DNA from: Amoebophrya sp. A120
Taxonomy: Eukaryota > Protista > Dinoflagellata
Reading direction: 5' to 3'
Assembly: GCA_905178155.1 (NCBI GenBank)
Contig: CAJINV010000002.1
Span: forward strand, 2,229,216 to 2,293,215
DNA: 64,000 nucleotides
Within the stretch, counting starts at the first letter, position 1. Each line of letters begins with the position of its first letter. Shown here one piece after another: positions 1 through 12,000 of this stretch. The notes beneath the pieces were generated by a model. The model made no database searches and was not told the origin of the DNA. It was given only the letters and a program-made list of their open reading frames with translations. A program made the position numbers and the translations under genes.

Positions 1-776
1 TGCGAATGCAGTCGTAGGACCTCCACGGGGCTCGTACTAAAATGTTTATTTTTCTCTCAAGAGACGAGGGGTGTTGGTGTTCGCATTCGTTCAAAAGACC
101 TTTTTTTTGAGTAGTTTTACTGTTCCGGGAGACAACGCGATCATGAGTGGAGCGAGCTACAACCCCCGTCTCACGACTTCGAGGTGCTGCTTCTTTGAAA
201 CTTTGTGGAAAGCCGCGCAAGTAAGGGGGCTAGCTGCGCTTCGCGAATTTTACAAATGACATCGGTACCAACATGCTTCTTGTGACAATTGCAATTCCGA
301 AGAGGACAATAGCGAAAATAAATTAGGTTTTTTACTGGGGGCAGATAGGTTTGTTTAGTTGAAAGCGGTTTTCGAAGTTCCATGCTGTTCTCCTTCTCCA
401 TCCCGGGAAAGCAGCATGACAGATATTTCTTTTTCTCTTGGTCGTGGTATTTTCAAAATACAGATGCAGCAGCTGCATCCCATACTTTTTTACTCAACCC
501 TGAGGTGCAGGCGGGTTCTCTTCATCTCGCAGTCTGCACACACCCTCGACAAACTCGCAAACCCTGTATGAAAATAAACAAGAATCTTTGAATTCCCCGC
601 ACGGCACATCCACACCTGAGCGGCCTGACTTTTTGTTTTTGTCCACCCGCCGCATAAACAGTTCATCTATATCAACAACTCTCAAGTCAGATCTCTGTTC
701 ATCTTTTCACAGATGAAGATCATCCCGACAATTTTTATGCACAACCTCAACAATAAAAAAATCTTCGACAACAAAT

Positions 777-3700
777 CTAAATCGCCGAGGACAAAATAAA
801 TTCTTGAGTGCTTTTCTTCTTTGATAGCCCACGGCTGTCGTTGATATTTACGCAGCCCAGCTCGGTGGTCACGCCCGCGGTCTCGCACTCCGTAAACCCG
901 CTAGGTGGTTTCGCCACACACTCACCCTTGACGAATTCGCACTCCTCGTCGGTGACGTGCTGGCACTGGCCCTCCGTTTTTGCGGCCGCGCAGGTACTAG
1001 CGGGCACGGACACGATCGGGGAGGTTGCCGCGTGCACGCAGTGCTCCAGGTCGGAATCGAACACGCAGTCAGGAAAGTTGTCACAATTCCAGGGGTCCGT
1101 CCCTTCCTCGCAGGTGGCAGGGCCGGCAAGTGGTTGCGCAGCAGGAGCTACTACTTCTGTCTGGATCTCGCAGCGGCTCATAGTCTGGCTCCAGCTACAC
1201 CCCGAACCTGCGAAGTTGTCACAATCCCACGGCTCAGTCCCTTCCTCGCAGGTGGCGGGCCTGTCTTCGCACACGTTCCGAAAAGATCTCCACAGGCAGG
1301 GGCCGGGTCCGGTCCCGCTGCTGCCAATGGCGTTGCAGGCGGTGGCATTGTTGTACGAAGCACAGTCCACGGTGACGACTGGAGAAGCAACTACTGCCTG
1401 GTGGATCTCGCAACGGCTCGTAGTCTGGTTCCAGCTACACCCCGAACCTGCGAAGTTGTCACAGTCCCCGGGTTCAGTCCCTTCCTCGCAGGTGGCGGGC
1501 CTGTCTTCGCACACGTTCCGAAAAGATCTCCACAGGCAGGGGCCGGGTCCGCTCCCGCTACTGCCAATGGCGTTGCAGGCGGTGGCATTGTTGTACGAAG
1601 CACAGTCCACGGTGACGACTGGAGAAGCAACTACTGCCTGGTGGATCTCGCAACGGCTCGTAGTCTGGTTCCAGCTACACCCCGAACCTGCGAAGTTGTC
1701 ACAGTCCCCGGGTTCAGTCCCTTCCTCGCAGGTGGCGGGCCTGTCTTCGCACACGTTCAGTATGAGGTTCCACCGACAGGGGCCGGGTCCGCTCCCGCTG
1801 CTGCCAATGGCGTTGCAGGCGGTTGTGTCGTTGTACGAAGCACAGTCCGACCGAATGTCGCCCTCCCACGCACAACGCTCCTCCTCGACCAGCAGCACAC
1901 TATCCTGTGCAAAAGTATCGTACGCACAGTAATCACAGTCATGCAAGACAAATTTCTTTTTCAAGCTAAATCAGCATGAGAAATTCCATTTGTCACGCTG
2001 AGCTAATTTGTATTGCAATACTACCAAATATAGCCGCCGGGGCGGGGGTAGTGAGGTCGTGGGCGTTTTTTTGCCGACCGCAGCCTTGGCCGCGGCTTTG
2101 CTTTTTACGGGCTCGCCATACCACCGTGAGTAACGTTATGCCGCACGGTATGGCGGCCACTTGGGAAACGTCGCAAATTTTGCCACATTTCCAAAATTCC
2201 TTTCCGAAAGCCAGCCCCGATGCTATGGGGCCGATCCGGGTGCCACGGGGGGCGCCCCAAAAGCGAACAAAAACCGGGCCCATAGCATGCGGATTGGCTT
2301 TGCGCGTCTGGTGCGCTTTTTATTTTTCGCGTTTTTATCTTTCACGCCGGCGCTTTTTGCAAAGCTTCCCAGGCTCTAAAACCGGCGAAAAGGCGGCCGC
2401 TTTCGCGGCCGCCCAAAATGCTCCGAAATCGCGGCCGTGCCATGCTGTTTCGCTGTTCTGATTTTGGGCGCGTTTCTTGCGCGCCCCTTTTGGGGCGCCC
2501 CAAATCGCCAGAAACTAAGGCGGCGGGCGCCTCAGAAGGGCGCCCCTTTTGCCGGCTCCCCTGCGTCGTTTTATCAAGCGGGAATCGATAGTTTTCGACC
2601 AGGCTTTTTTGTTGGCAAAGCTCCGGCCGCTTGATAATTGAAAATCTTTTTCGTCAAAAAACACTCCCGCCCGCTTGAAAACTGCCGGTCGTTTTGCTGG
2701 CTGGGTGTCAAAAAAACTCCCCGGTTAGAACCGTTCGGTGACCTCACTACATACGAGTACGATACTTTTGCAATGCATACACGCATTGGTTCGTAAACGT
2801 CGCCCGCTCCTCTGTGGTGAAAATGGGGTACTGACCTGTGCCCGCCAAATACGCATCCTCCAGCGCCGTCCACTCGGCCGACCCCGGAGCCGGGGCGGAT
2901 AAAGCGGCATTCCCCTCACAATTCGCGCTGTCCCCTCCGTCGCCCTGCGCACAAATTTTCCGCAGCGAGGCTTCCCAATAGTACTATGCATTTTTGCAAA
3001 AGAATCGTACGAGTACGAATCGCATGACAAATTTTATCAGGAAGAAAGTTGGAATTTGTAATGCAGATTTGGGTAGGAAACCAGATTTGTCATGCATACG
3101 TGCAATTCATACGAGTACGATACTTTTGCACAGGATAAGTACCGGAAGGGCACGATTTCTGCGCAGTCTTCCGCGGAAAATCCGACCTTTGCCGCCTCGC
3201 ACAGATTGGGAAATTGCAGCTGGTCGCCTGGAAGCGTCGTGCTACTGTTGTTGCTGCCCGACGGCAGGTGCCGTCGAGAGCTGCAAACTCGCACCGGCGA
3301 CTGGGGACTGTCCGGGGGACAGGCTTGTTGTTCTTGGTCATAATTTGTTTCTACTCCTCCTGCTCCTCCCAGGGCGGTCGTGCCTCCACCTCCTCCAGGT
3401 CGTGGTGTTTCGGTCGTGAATCCCGTCGGCCGGGGCATGCTGGAGCTATTCCACGTGTCTCCGACGCACATGTAATTTGTAATATTACCCGACAAAGTTT
3501 GATCCTCATGATCTTCTGTCACATTCAATGACGTGAGTGTAGTTCTTTCCACTTCAACCCAGACACAGGCCCCTGTCTCCACGCACAAGGTTTCCGAAGC
3601 GATCGCGTCACAAGTCTCGTCGATGGGATGACACCTACTCATTTCTTCCATGTTGTTGAGATCTTCTTCGGATATTAAAAGCCATTCGCAGCCTCGTGCT

Positions 3701-4137
3701 GTTTCACACCCTTCTTCGGTCGGAAAGAGCTTGGCGCACATGGTCGAGTTTTGTTGAAAATCGTCGGGCGGCAGACCTCCAGCTCCTGTACCGTATTCGG
3801 TATCATCTTCCTCTTCGAGAAGGTCCTCGTCGAGCTTCTCCTCATCCGGTAATAACATGTCGCACAACCCTCCCACGCACCGCACCTTCTTCATTTTCTT
3901 GTGCAACTTTTTCTGCTGCTGGACCTTCTGGTGAAGTTTGTGTTTGTGATTCATTTTACTTTTCAGGGTCAGCGACATAGCTGTACTAGAGGGGAAAAAG
4001 GGCCAGTACACAGCTGGGGTGGACGAGAGAAGAAGCTGCATTGCCGTGCAAGCTGCAGTGGAAGTACGGCGCTGCTGCGCAGAAGGTGCTCTTCTTGCTT
4101 TGGAAGTTGTCAGCAACATGATGCTGGAGCGGCACAT
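777..4137 (-). CDS. Cysteine-rich repeat protein, probably secreted or surface (3 exons: about 4137-3138, 2984-2780, 1900-777)
   Basis: ORFs 3037-4137 and 777-1964 join in frame (…VPFRYYWEASL…FTNQCVLLVEEERCAW…) when the elements at 2985-3137 and 1901-2779 plus one 5-bp repeat each are removed. Many C-x-W, PSI-like Cys modules. Confidence 0.75.
1160..1848 (-). repeat. 240-bp (80-aa) coding tandem repeat, about 2.8 copies
   Basis: Sequence at 1201, 1441 and 1681 begins identically (cccgaacctgcgaagttgtc). The protein repeats DCASYNNATACNAIGSSG…CEDRPATCEEGTEPGDCDNFAGSGCSW. Confidence 0.95.
1901..2779. mobile_element. Introner family B carrying a nested 718-bp element
   Basis: TIR tatcctgtgcaaaagtatcgtac / gtacgatacttttgcaatgcata; imperfect TSD cacac/cacgc. 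Confidence 0.85.
2033..2750 (-). mobile_element. 718-bp non-autonomous Helentron-like element, copy 1 (nested in an introner)
   Basis: Highly similar to 49801-50518. Asymmetric subterminal IR gtagtgaggtc (2048-2058) / gacctcactac (2740-2750), terminal hairpin ccgcc-gg-ggcgg, ATA on both flanks. Confidence 0.7.
2985..3137. mobile_element. Introner family B
   Basis: TIR tatgcatttttgcaaaag / cttttgcacaggata; TSD agtac. Confidence 0.88.
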
Positions 4138-4357
4138 GGACTACCGTACAGAAGGCCAGGAAAAAATGATCTAGATCAATATGCTAGTCCTCTTGCGTTT
4201 CTCTGTGGCGTGAGTACTATGTTGTGCTACGATAGAGACAAATGCCAATGTAGTGAATTAGAGAGTGGGGTTACTTATATCTACTCCGCTGCGGGAAACC
4301 ACGCAGGAACGGATTGCCTACGTTGAGGAAAACCAAAAAGTGAAGGACCCTGCTGTC

Positions 4358-4413
4358 GTGCTGAGGTAGTGCTGGTGGGGATCATGCTGATGTGAGCAAC
4401 ATAACAAGAACCC
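4358..4413. repeat. 56-bp dispersed direct repeat, copy 1
   Basis: gtgctgaggtagtgctggtggggatcatgctgatgtgagcaacataacaagaaccc; also at 4768 and 7793. Confidence 0.9.
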
Positions 4414-4767
4414 GTATTGCTGATTTAACTTGAGAAGGAACCCTGGCTGGCTGGCCAGGTTCTTTGCCGCGCCGTTTCCGCAGGTGCGGCCCTGTGGGCC
4501 CCGTCAAAAGCAGCCCCACCGCTTTGGGGGCGTAACTAGAAATAGAGTGGGGCGTAGCTAGAATGACGAGCAGCCGCCCGTAAGGCTCGCAACTTGGGGG
4601 GGGGGGTGCTCGCAAATTGGGAACAACCCGGAGGGCTCGCCCCCTCCCACGTTCTTTCTGTTTCCCGGAGCTTCTCCTGCTCCTGGGGCGTGGTGCGGGC
4701 CGCTTTCACGCCTTTACCTTACTTTCCCTACAAGGTCTCAGGCGCACGGAACGGCCCGGAGCCTGCT

Positions 4768-4823
4768 GTGCTGAGGTAGTGCTGGTGGGGATCATGCTGA
4801 TGTGAGCAACATAACAAGAACCC
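4768..4823. repeat. 56-bp dispersed direct repeat, copy 2
   Basis: Identical to 4358-4413. Confidence 0.9.
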
Positions 4824-6094
4824 TCTGTTAGATCAAACGGCCCCGGGGCCTAATTCCGGTTCAAAACAGCTTCAAACTCATTTCAAACATTTTCGAAATT
4901 GCACTTTTTAGACTAGCATGAGCGGCCTGCTTGGACTTTCCGAAGGCCTCACCTCCCGCGGCATAGGATTCCGCTTGGGAACGCAGGAGAGCTCAACCTT
5001 CAGCCAGCAAAGAATCCTGCCAAGCAATGCGGAATCCCACCTAGGCTAAATTGGAACGACACACCGCCACGAATGTCCCCAGTCAAAGAACCCGAACCAG
5101 CACAGTGCCGGCGCCCCCCGCGGCCCTACGTAGGGAGTTCCCTAAAATAGAACCAACCATCCCTCTTGCATGCCGGCAACAAGGGTCCCCGGGAATCTCG
5201 TCGCGAGGGCCTACATGACTCTTCTACCTTAGCAAAACATCCGGGGCCCCACCTCTTCTTGAACAAACCACATACAGAGACGCAACGCGACAGACGTGGC
5301 CGTGCCTTGCTGCCTCCTAGCAGACCCACTAGAGCCCAATGCGCGAGCGGCCCAAGCCCAACGACCGCAACAAGCAAACTGGAGGCAGCCCGACAGGTCA
5401 AGCGCAACGACAGGTCAAGCGCGTCCGCCGTTTGAAGTTGGTCCGAAAAATCCAATCCGGCGTTTGAAGTTGGCCGGACAAACCTAAATCCGCGACCTCA
5501 ACCAAATTCAGTCCAAAAAAGTCAGGGCCTGGATTCTAATATGGCGGATTTTTTTGGACTGTTTTCGGATTGACCTTGATTGCAGCCGGATTGCCTGTCG
5601 GACTGAAGTGGGTTGCCTGCCTTCGCAGTGCTGGTCGTCGGCTGCTAGAAAGAGCAACCCACGCCACCTGCTCTCGCTCGGCGCTCCAATGGCAGCCAAC
5701 AAGCGCGCCGGCTCTTGCACCTTTGCAGGGGCGGAGGGTCGCAGGATTAGGCTTCTCCGACTGCGCTTTCCGCTTGCAGCAGCAGCAATAAGACCAGGCG
5801 CAGGAGCCAGGGAGGGCTGGCTTGGACGTTCGCAAGGCACTACTTGCCGCCCCTCCCTCGGTGGTCCGCCTCACGCCAAAAGCTGACGCGCATTTATATG
5901 GCGCAGGAGAAAGGGCTCTGCTGTGCCTTGACTGTGCTGTCGCTCACTAGCCCACCCTGGACGGAGCGGCGCTCGCTCTCATGGCTAAGCATCGCGAAAA
6001 TGAACCGCGTTAACAATGCGGCCGCCATCATTTTTCTGCTTCCTTGTAGCTAGCCTTGCCCTATTTGGCGCCAGGGCGCGTCTATACATCTAAA

Positions 6095-7743
6095 GATACT
6101 GTAAAAATATTGGGTTTTAAGTTTAAGAATTAATTAATTCGTCCCCGGACTGTGTGTGTCGGGGCCGGCGAAAGTTCCACGACCTGGTAAGCTTTTTGAT
6201 ATTTGATCATTAGAATTGAAAACTTCGCCATACACGATGCCTGCGCATTTAGTTTTTTTTCACACATGTTTTCCCACGGACGAATTAATTTTCGATAGAA
6301 CAAGGAGTGGCACGATACAGACACACAGGTGACTCAGAGACAGACACCCACACAAGATCCGTCGCGCAATCATTTGTCGACATACATGACGAACGGAGTT
6401 AATTTTTTCCTCATACACACACTCCGGGAATTAATTAATTAACTTAGAAACTTAGAATCTAAGTAAATTAATTAATTCCGGGACTGTGTGTGTGAAAAGT
6501 CAGTCTAGCCTCTTGGCGTTGTTTGCATACCCCGCTTGTAGCCACTACGCCCGCGCGGGCGCGCAGGCGATTGACGAGCGCCCGCCTGCGCACAGTACAG
6601 CGAAAAGCATGTCTGTGCGTGAAAGCTACAAAGGCCCGCACTTTACTAAGTAATTCCAAAAATGCCGCGCGCCGTCGACGTCATTCGCGTCGCATTGGGC
6701 CGATGCGGCCACCTCGTTCTATTCCTGCCGTGCACACTCGTCCACGGCAGCCCAGAGACATCCTGCGAGCGCGCGCCAGCCCGCCTTCTCCGCGCGCGCG
6801 CGCGCGACGCAGGCCATCTGCCCGCGCGCGCACACAGGCTCGACCTCCTGTGTGTGCGCGCGGGCTATTCGCCCTGCGTGCGCGGCCCCAACCTTCTGCG
6901 CGTCTGCGCGCGCGCGAGCCCACCGCCTGCGAGCGCGCGCGGTACAGGAAGATTTCTGCGCACCCGGAGAGCATGAGGATGGTTGCGCGCGCGCGCGCGC
7001 GGTGCACAGGACACGGCGACGGTTGCGAGCGCGCGGGGCATGTGGATGTCTGCATGCGCGCGCGCGCGATTGAGATTGCGCACTCGCACAGGGCATGAGG
7101 CTGTCTGCGCGTCCGCGCGCGCGATTGCGTGCGCGCACAGGACATGAAGATAAAGGCCGCAAGTGGGTGCGCGCGCGCGCGCGCGAAAGACCTAAAATTC
7201 TGCGCCCGTGCTCACACACACAAAAATCTGAGTGCGCCCGCAAAACTCACAGCCGTACGCGTTGGCTTTTGGGCCCGGCTCGGCCACACGAAAACGCGCC
7301 GCGTCATTGTGCCTGGCGCGCTGAAAATGGGCGCCGAAGCTGCCAGTGCTCGCCCTGAAGCTGAACACAGAGGGCCCCTGAATTAATTAATTAACTTAGA
7401 AACTAAGTTTCTAAGAAAATTAATTAATTCCCGGATAACCTGTGTCCAGGGAAATAATGCCGTGGTCCGTGTGTGTATTGGATAAAGTGAGCGGCCACTG
7501 CCCTCATGTGTGGCCCGAAATTGCCCGCGCCGTCCTCCCCTGTGGCCATGAAAATTAAACTCCCCGACCATGTATATCAAACATTTTCCGTCCCGCCGCC
7601 GTCGTCTGTCGCCGAGAATCCACATCTGCGCCGCGCTCTCCGAATCCGCTCCGACACCACATGGAGACGCCGGCCCCGACACACACAGTCCGGGGACGAA
7701 TTAATTAATTCTTAAACTTAAAACCCAATATTTTTACAGCCCC
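6095..7743. mobile_element. Non-autonomous DNA transposon with about 70-bp TIRs and an 8-bp TSD (Mutator-, hAT- or Merlin-like)
   Basis: ctgtaaaaatattgggttttaagtttaagaattaattaattcgtccccggactgtgtgtgtcggggccggcg (from 6099) is the reverse complement of the sequence ending at 7739. CATCTAAA is duplicated at 6087-6094 and 7744-7751. No credible transposase ORF. Confidence 0.8.
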
Positions 7744-7792
7744 CATCTAAACCTCTGTCATGCCCGAAATGCTTTCCTCTGCCCGAATGCCT

Positions 7793-7854
7793 GTGCTGAG
7801 GTAGTGCTGGTGGGGATCAAGATCATGCTGATGTGAGCAACATAACAAGAACCC
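7793..7854. repeat. 56-bp dispersed direct repeat, copy 3 (with a 6-bp insertion)
   Basis: Same as 4358-4413 except gatcaagatc. Confidence 0.88.
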
Positions 7855-9078
7855 TCTGGAAGCGAAACACGGAAGCACGAGAAAAATGAATGGACGTCGC
7901 GGACGGCACGGCCACAGAAAGTGTCTTTCTATGAATGTACGACAACCGAAACTTCTCAAGGACACGGGCACAACTTCTGACGAATCATTTTCACCATGAA
8001 GCCGAACGAATATGAAGTGTTGAAGCACGAATGTCATATACGAATCACGTCCGACCGATTTGCATCCGCCACTTCTTCTTCGCAGGATGGATTCAAGGAA
8101 GTCCGACGACGTGGCACGGTCTATCAGGAATCAAGAAAAAGTAGCGAGAGGCTTTTTCAACTACTGAGGACACGAAACCGAACTTGCTTCGATGCAACAC
8201 AGTGAGCTGGACCAAGCCGAAAGGAAAAGAAGACGACAAAAAGTTCTTCAAGTACTTAACTGACGGCACACGACAACGAACAAGGCGAGAACAAGTCACC
8301 AGCAGCAAGACAAATGCAGGCAAGCATGCATGACTTCAGATGGGCGCGTCGACTGATCACGCTCTGTATTCAAAGAGTTCTTTTCGACACTCTACCTCGG
8401 AGCAACCTTTGCTTGCTAGGAAGAGTCGCAGATCAAATGCAACTGAATCCAATCCTTGAGATGCCGATAAAAAGCAAAAAAAGTTCGCGTTTAATAATTC
8501 ATAAAAAAGACGGCCAATATAAGAAGTTCTAGCTCAAGAAGCGCAAGAATCTGCACGAAGAAAATCTAAATCTGATATCATTTTGCAACCTCACGGAAAA
8601 GAAAACCAAAGGTTTATCCGACTAAAGGCTCCTGTCTCACGCCTCACTGAGGACGACACAGAGTCTGATGCAACTGAGCGAATTCGGAGTTTAGATTTCT
8701 TTGCATGAAGTCTTACAGCCAGTTGCATTGGTAGCTTCAACTACCAGACACACAATTCAAGAAGAGAGGGCAAGGAAAGTTGGGTTGTACTTGTAGTGCC
8801 GACAAAAAAAAACCTTCAAAATCAAGAATTCACGTTCGCACATGTTTATTTGATAGTATAGCATTTAGTGTAAGAAGGCATTTGGAAGCAGGGAGCTCCA
8901 CCTGCTTCAGCCTTCAAAAAAACCTGAAAATTTGGGCACGAGCTTTTAATCTAAGCCGAAAAGTTTCAATCGACCTAGGAGCACCACCAGTGGGCAGTGG
9001 AAGAAAACGCAGGCATTACTGCATGATCTGTTGCATCACTACCCTCTGACGTGATTCATCCCCAACATCATGACGAAT

Positions 9079-12000
9079 TCACCTCCCCCCGTTGGTGTTT
9101 ACCGCAGACTGCCACTTGGAGGCTTTCGTTGCAGAGGATGAACTGGAAATGTTGGAACTAGTAATCCCACTACCACTTCTATCCAAGAAAAAGACATTGT
9201 AGGTGTAACTTTCTTGGAGGATCAGCATCACAAATATCTCTGGCATGACAGCAAAAACCTGTCATGCGCAGATAGTACGCGAAAACGCCCTTTAGTGGAC
9301 CCCACGACGCATGCCAAGCATGACAGACGCAATCATCTGGCATGTTGCGCATCACAAATTTACACTAACAAGGTTTTTTTCTTGGATAACTTCTGCTCGC
9401 CCCCACGACCCGCGGATTATACCCGGTCGTCGAGCGAAATGGGGTCGGATCCGGGACCGTCGTCCGCACGTTTTCGTTGCTTGACCGCATGGTGTATCAA
9501 ATGCAAATATGTCTGGGTCTGGAAGAGTTGGGGCTTGTCATGCACATTTTGCATGACCCGTGAGGTCTGTGATGCTGGTGCTAGCATCACAGATTTTTTG
9601 AGAGCTCCTTCTTGATGCTAATTACGCATGAGAAATGACCTCTCTGCGTGCCAAGAGTTGACTCAGACTCGTCTTGCTGCTCATGCAACGCAGACATTTT
9701 TAGAATCCGCAGACAGCATTAAAAGTTCCACTCTTCCAGACCCAGACATATTTGCAATCCATATGGTGTCCTCCGGTGCGGCGAAATGGTCCTTCAGCTA
9801 TGAAAGTGCACAACTCCCCCTCGCCCTCATTTGCGAGGGATGAACAGCATTACAAACACCAGCACACGTGGAGCCTATGCATGAGAAATTTATGCATCTC
9901 TTGTAGTAGTGGTTGGGCTTCGAAAATTTGTCATGCAAACAGTGCCACAGAGATTTTGCATTGCAAATGAGGCGGGGGAGGGAGGGTTGTGCACTCTCAT
10001 ATCAACCCCGGAGACTTGACGAAAGTGGTGTTTTGTGATGTACTAGAGGAGGCTGCTGTTGTCGTAGCTGCCAGTGGCCTCGGCACGCTGGTCAAAATGT
10101 CTTCCCGCGTCACCAGTCGCGAAGACGGTGCTGCTCCGCCTTGCTGGTTATACAACTGTTGTGCCCCCGCCAGGGGTTGATGCGTTGTGCCAGCGCCGTT
10201 TGGTGTCGTCTGCAAGTGCGTTTGGTTCACGACACTAAGCTGGGGCGACATCGATGACAGGAGCGGTTGCTGTTGCTGCTGCTGCAATTGCTGTTGCATA
10301 TGATTACCGCCCAACACCGAAGGACTCGCTGCGGCGGTTTTCATGTTCGCTGCGTTTTGCATGGTGCCCCCGACGCTCATGTTTCCCAGCGCCAGTTGCT
10401 CCTGCACAGCTGAGGAAGAGGAGGCTAACAAAGCCTGCAACTCTTTGCTCATATCCGGCATTTGGAAGGGGAGGGCGCTGTGGTCGACGGAAGTGGATGC
10501 GGGGTTCTGGCCCTGCTGTGCGGCGGGAGCTGCAGCACCTCCACCTGAAAGACGGGATATAAAATTGGATTTTTTGCAACAGGTCAAAATCATCGGTAGT
10601 CGGAGATCTCGATCATCTGCAAACGAAAAAAAAAACCGGACAAAAACTTACGTAATACCTTGCTGATCCAACAGCCCCTCCATCCCGAGCCCCCCAAGCG
10701 CAGTCAAATCACCCCCTGGATTCGTGTTCAACAAGTTCATGGCTTCGAAGTTCAGCTGGCAGACCCCCCGCATAAAAACCCGTTTCAAGTTTGCCTGCAG
10801 GTTCTGCTTCGTCTGGTATCAAATGCAAAAATCCCTGGATGTCTGGAAGAATGCGCGATTTGTCATGCAGCTTTTCTATGACCCATGAGGTCTGGAATGC
10901 AGGACCTAGCATGACAGATTCTGTGCGATCTCTGTCATACCTATCCTGCATGAGAAATTCCCTCCCGACTTGGTCAAAACTGGACACCTTTTTGTCACCA
11001 CGCAACACAGATTTTTGCATGCTCCAGATTTAGCATGACAAGTTGCATTCTTCCAGACCCAGACATTTTTACATGTGATATCTGGGTTTCCACGTCTAGG
11101 TCCGCCTGGAGCTTGGCCAAATCAAATGCAAAAATGTCTGGGTCTGGAAGGATCCGAACTTGTGATGCTGCGTTTGGATTCCAAAACAATCTGTATTGCA
11201 TGACCAGCCAAGGGAATGCAATTTTGGCTACGCGGAGAAGGAATTTGTCATGCTGAATACGCATCGCGAAGCCCTCAAAAAGTCTGTGATGCTCGGGCAC
11301 GCATCACAGACATCATGGCCCATGCAAAACGTGCATGACAAGTCTCAGAATCTTCCAGACCCAGACATTTTTGCAGTTGATAGGCCAAATCGGTAGTCAA
11401 ATTGTCCTCCTTGAGATTAGATTCTTGGATCAGTTGTTGTTTCTCGGTGTAGTGCTTTTGCTCCAGCTCTTGCTTTATCAAATGTAAAAGTGTCTGGGTC
11501 TGGAAGAGTGCGCGATTTGTCATGCAGCTTTTCCATGACCCAGGAGTTCTGGAATGCAGGACCTAGCATGACAGATTCTGTGCGATCTCTGTCATACCTA
11601 TCCTGCATGAGAAATTCCCTCCCGACTTGGTCAAAACTGGACGACTTCTGGTAATCATGCAACACAGATTTTTGCATGCTTCAGATTTAGCATGACAAGT
11701 TGCATTCTTCCAGACCCAGACATTTTTACATTTGATATGCTTTTTCAGTTCGTTCTTGTTCGTCTCCTTCGTGTACCACCACCGACGCCAGGCGAGGACC
11801 TTTTCGTAGTTTGATAAGATTAAGAGATGATTTTCATATTTCATTTTCTCTTTCATTCACTTTCACAAGGAGATCCTGCATAACAGAATGCGTCTCTCTT
11901 GGTGCGCTATATGCATGACAAAGAGAAACTTTTTTGATCTCGTCAAAATCCTATTGATAAATACCATCAACCGTTTTTCTCTCAATTTCATCGCGAAGCC

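Noticed and set aside
808-1979. Long plus-strand ORFs 808-1932 and 957-1979
   Set aside because: Antisense shadows of the GC-rich repetitive minus-strand CDS.
6468-7386. Arg/Ala-rich ORFs in the long-TIR element as a transposase
   Set aside because: They arise from (CG)n low complexity in all six frames, with no DDE or zinc-finger motifs.
4358-7854. CRISPR array suggested by the spaced direct repeats
   Set aside because: Only three 56-bp copies, spacers of hundreds to thousands of bp, a eukaryotic context and no cas genes.
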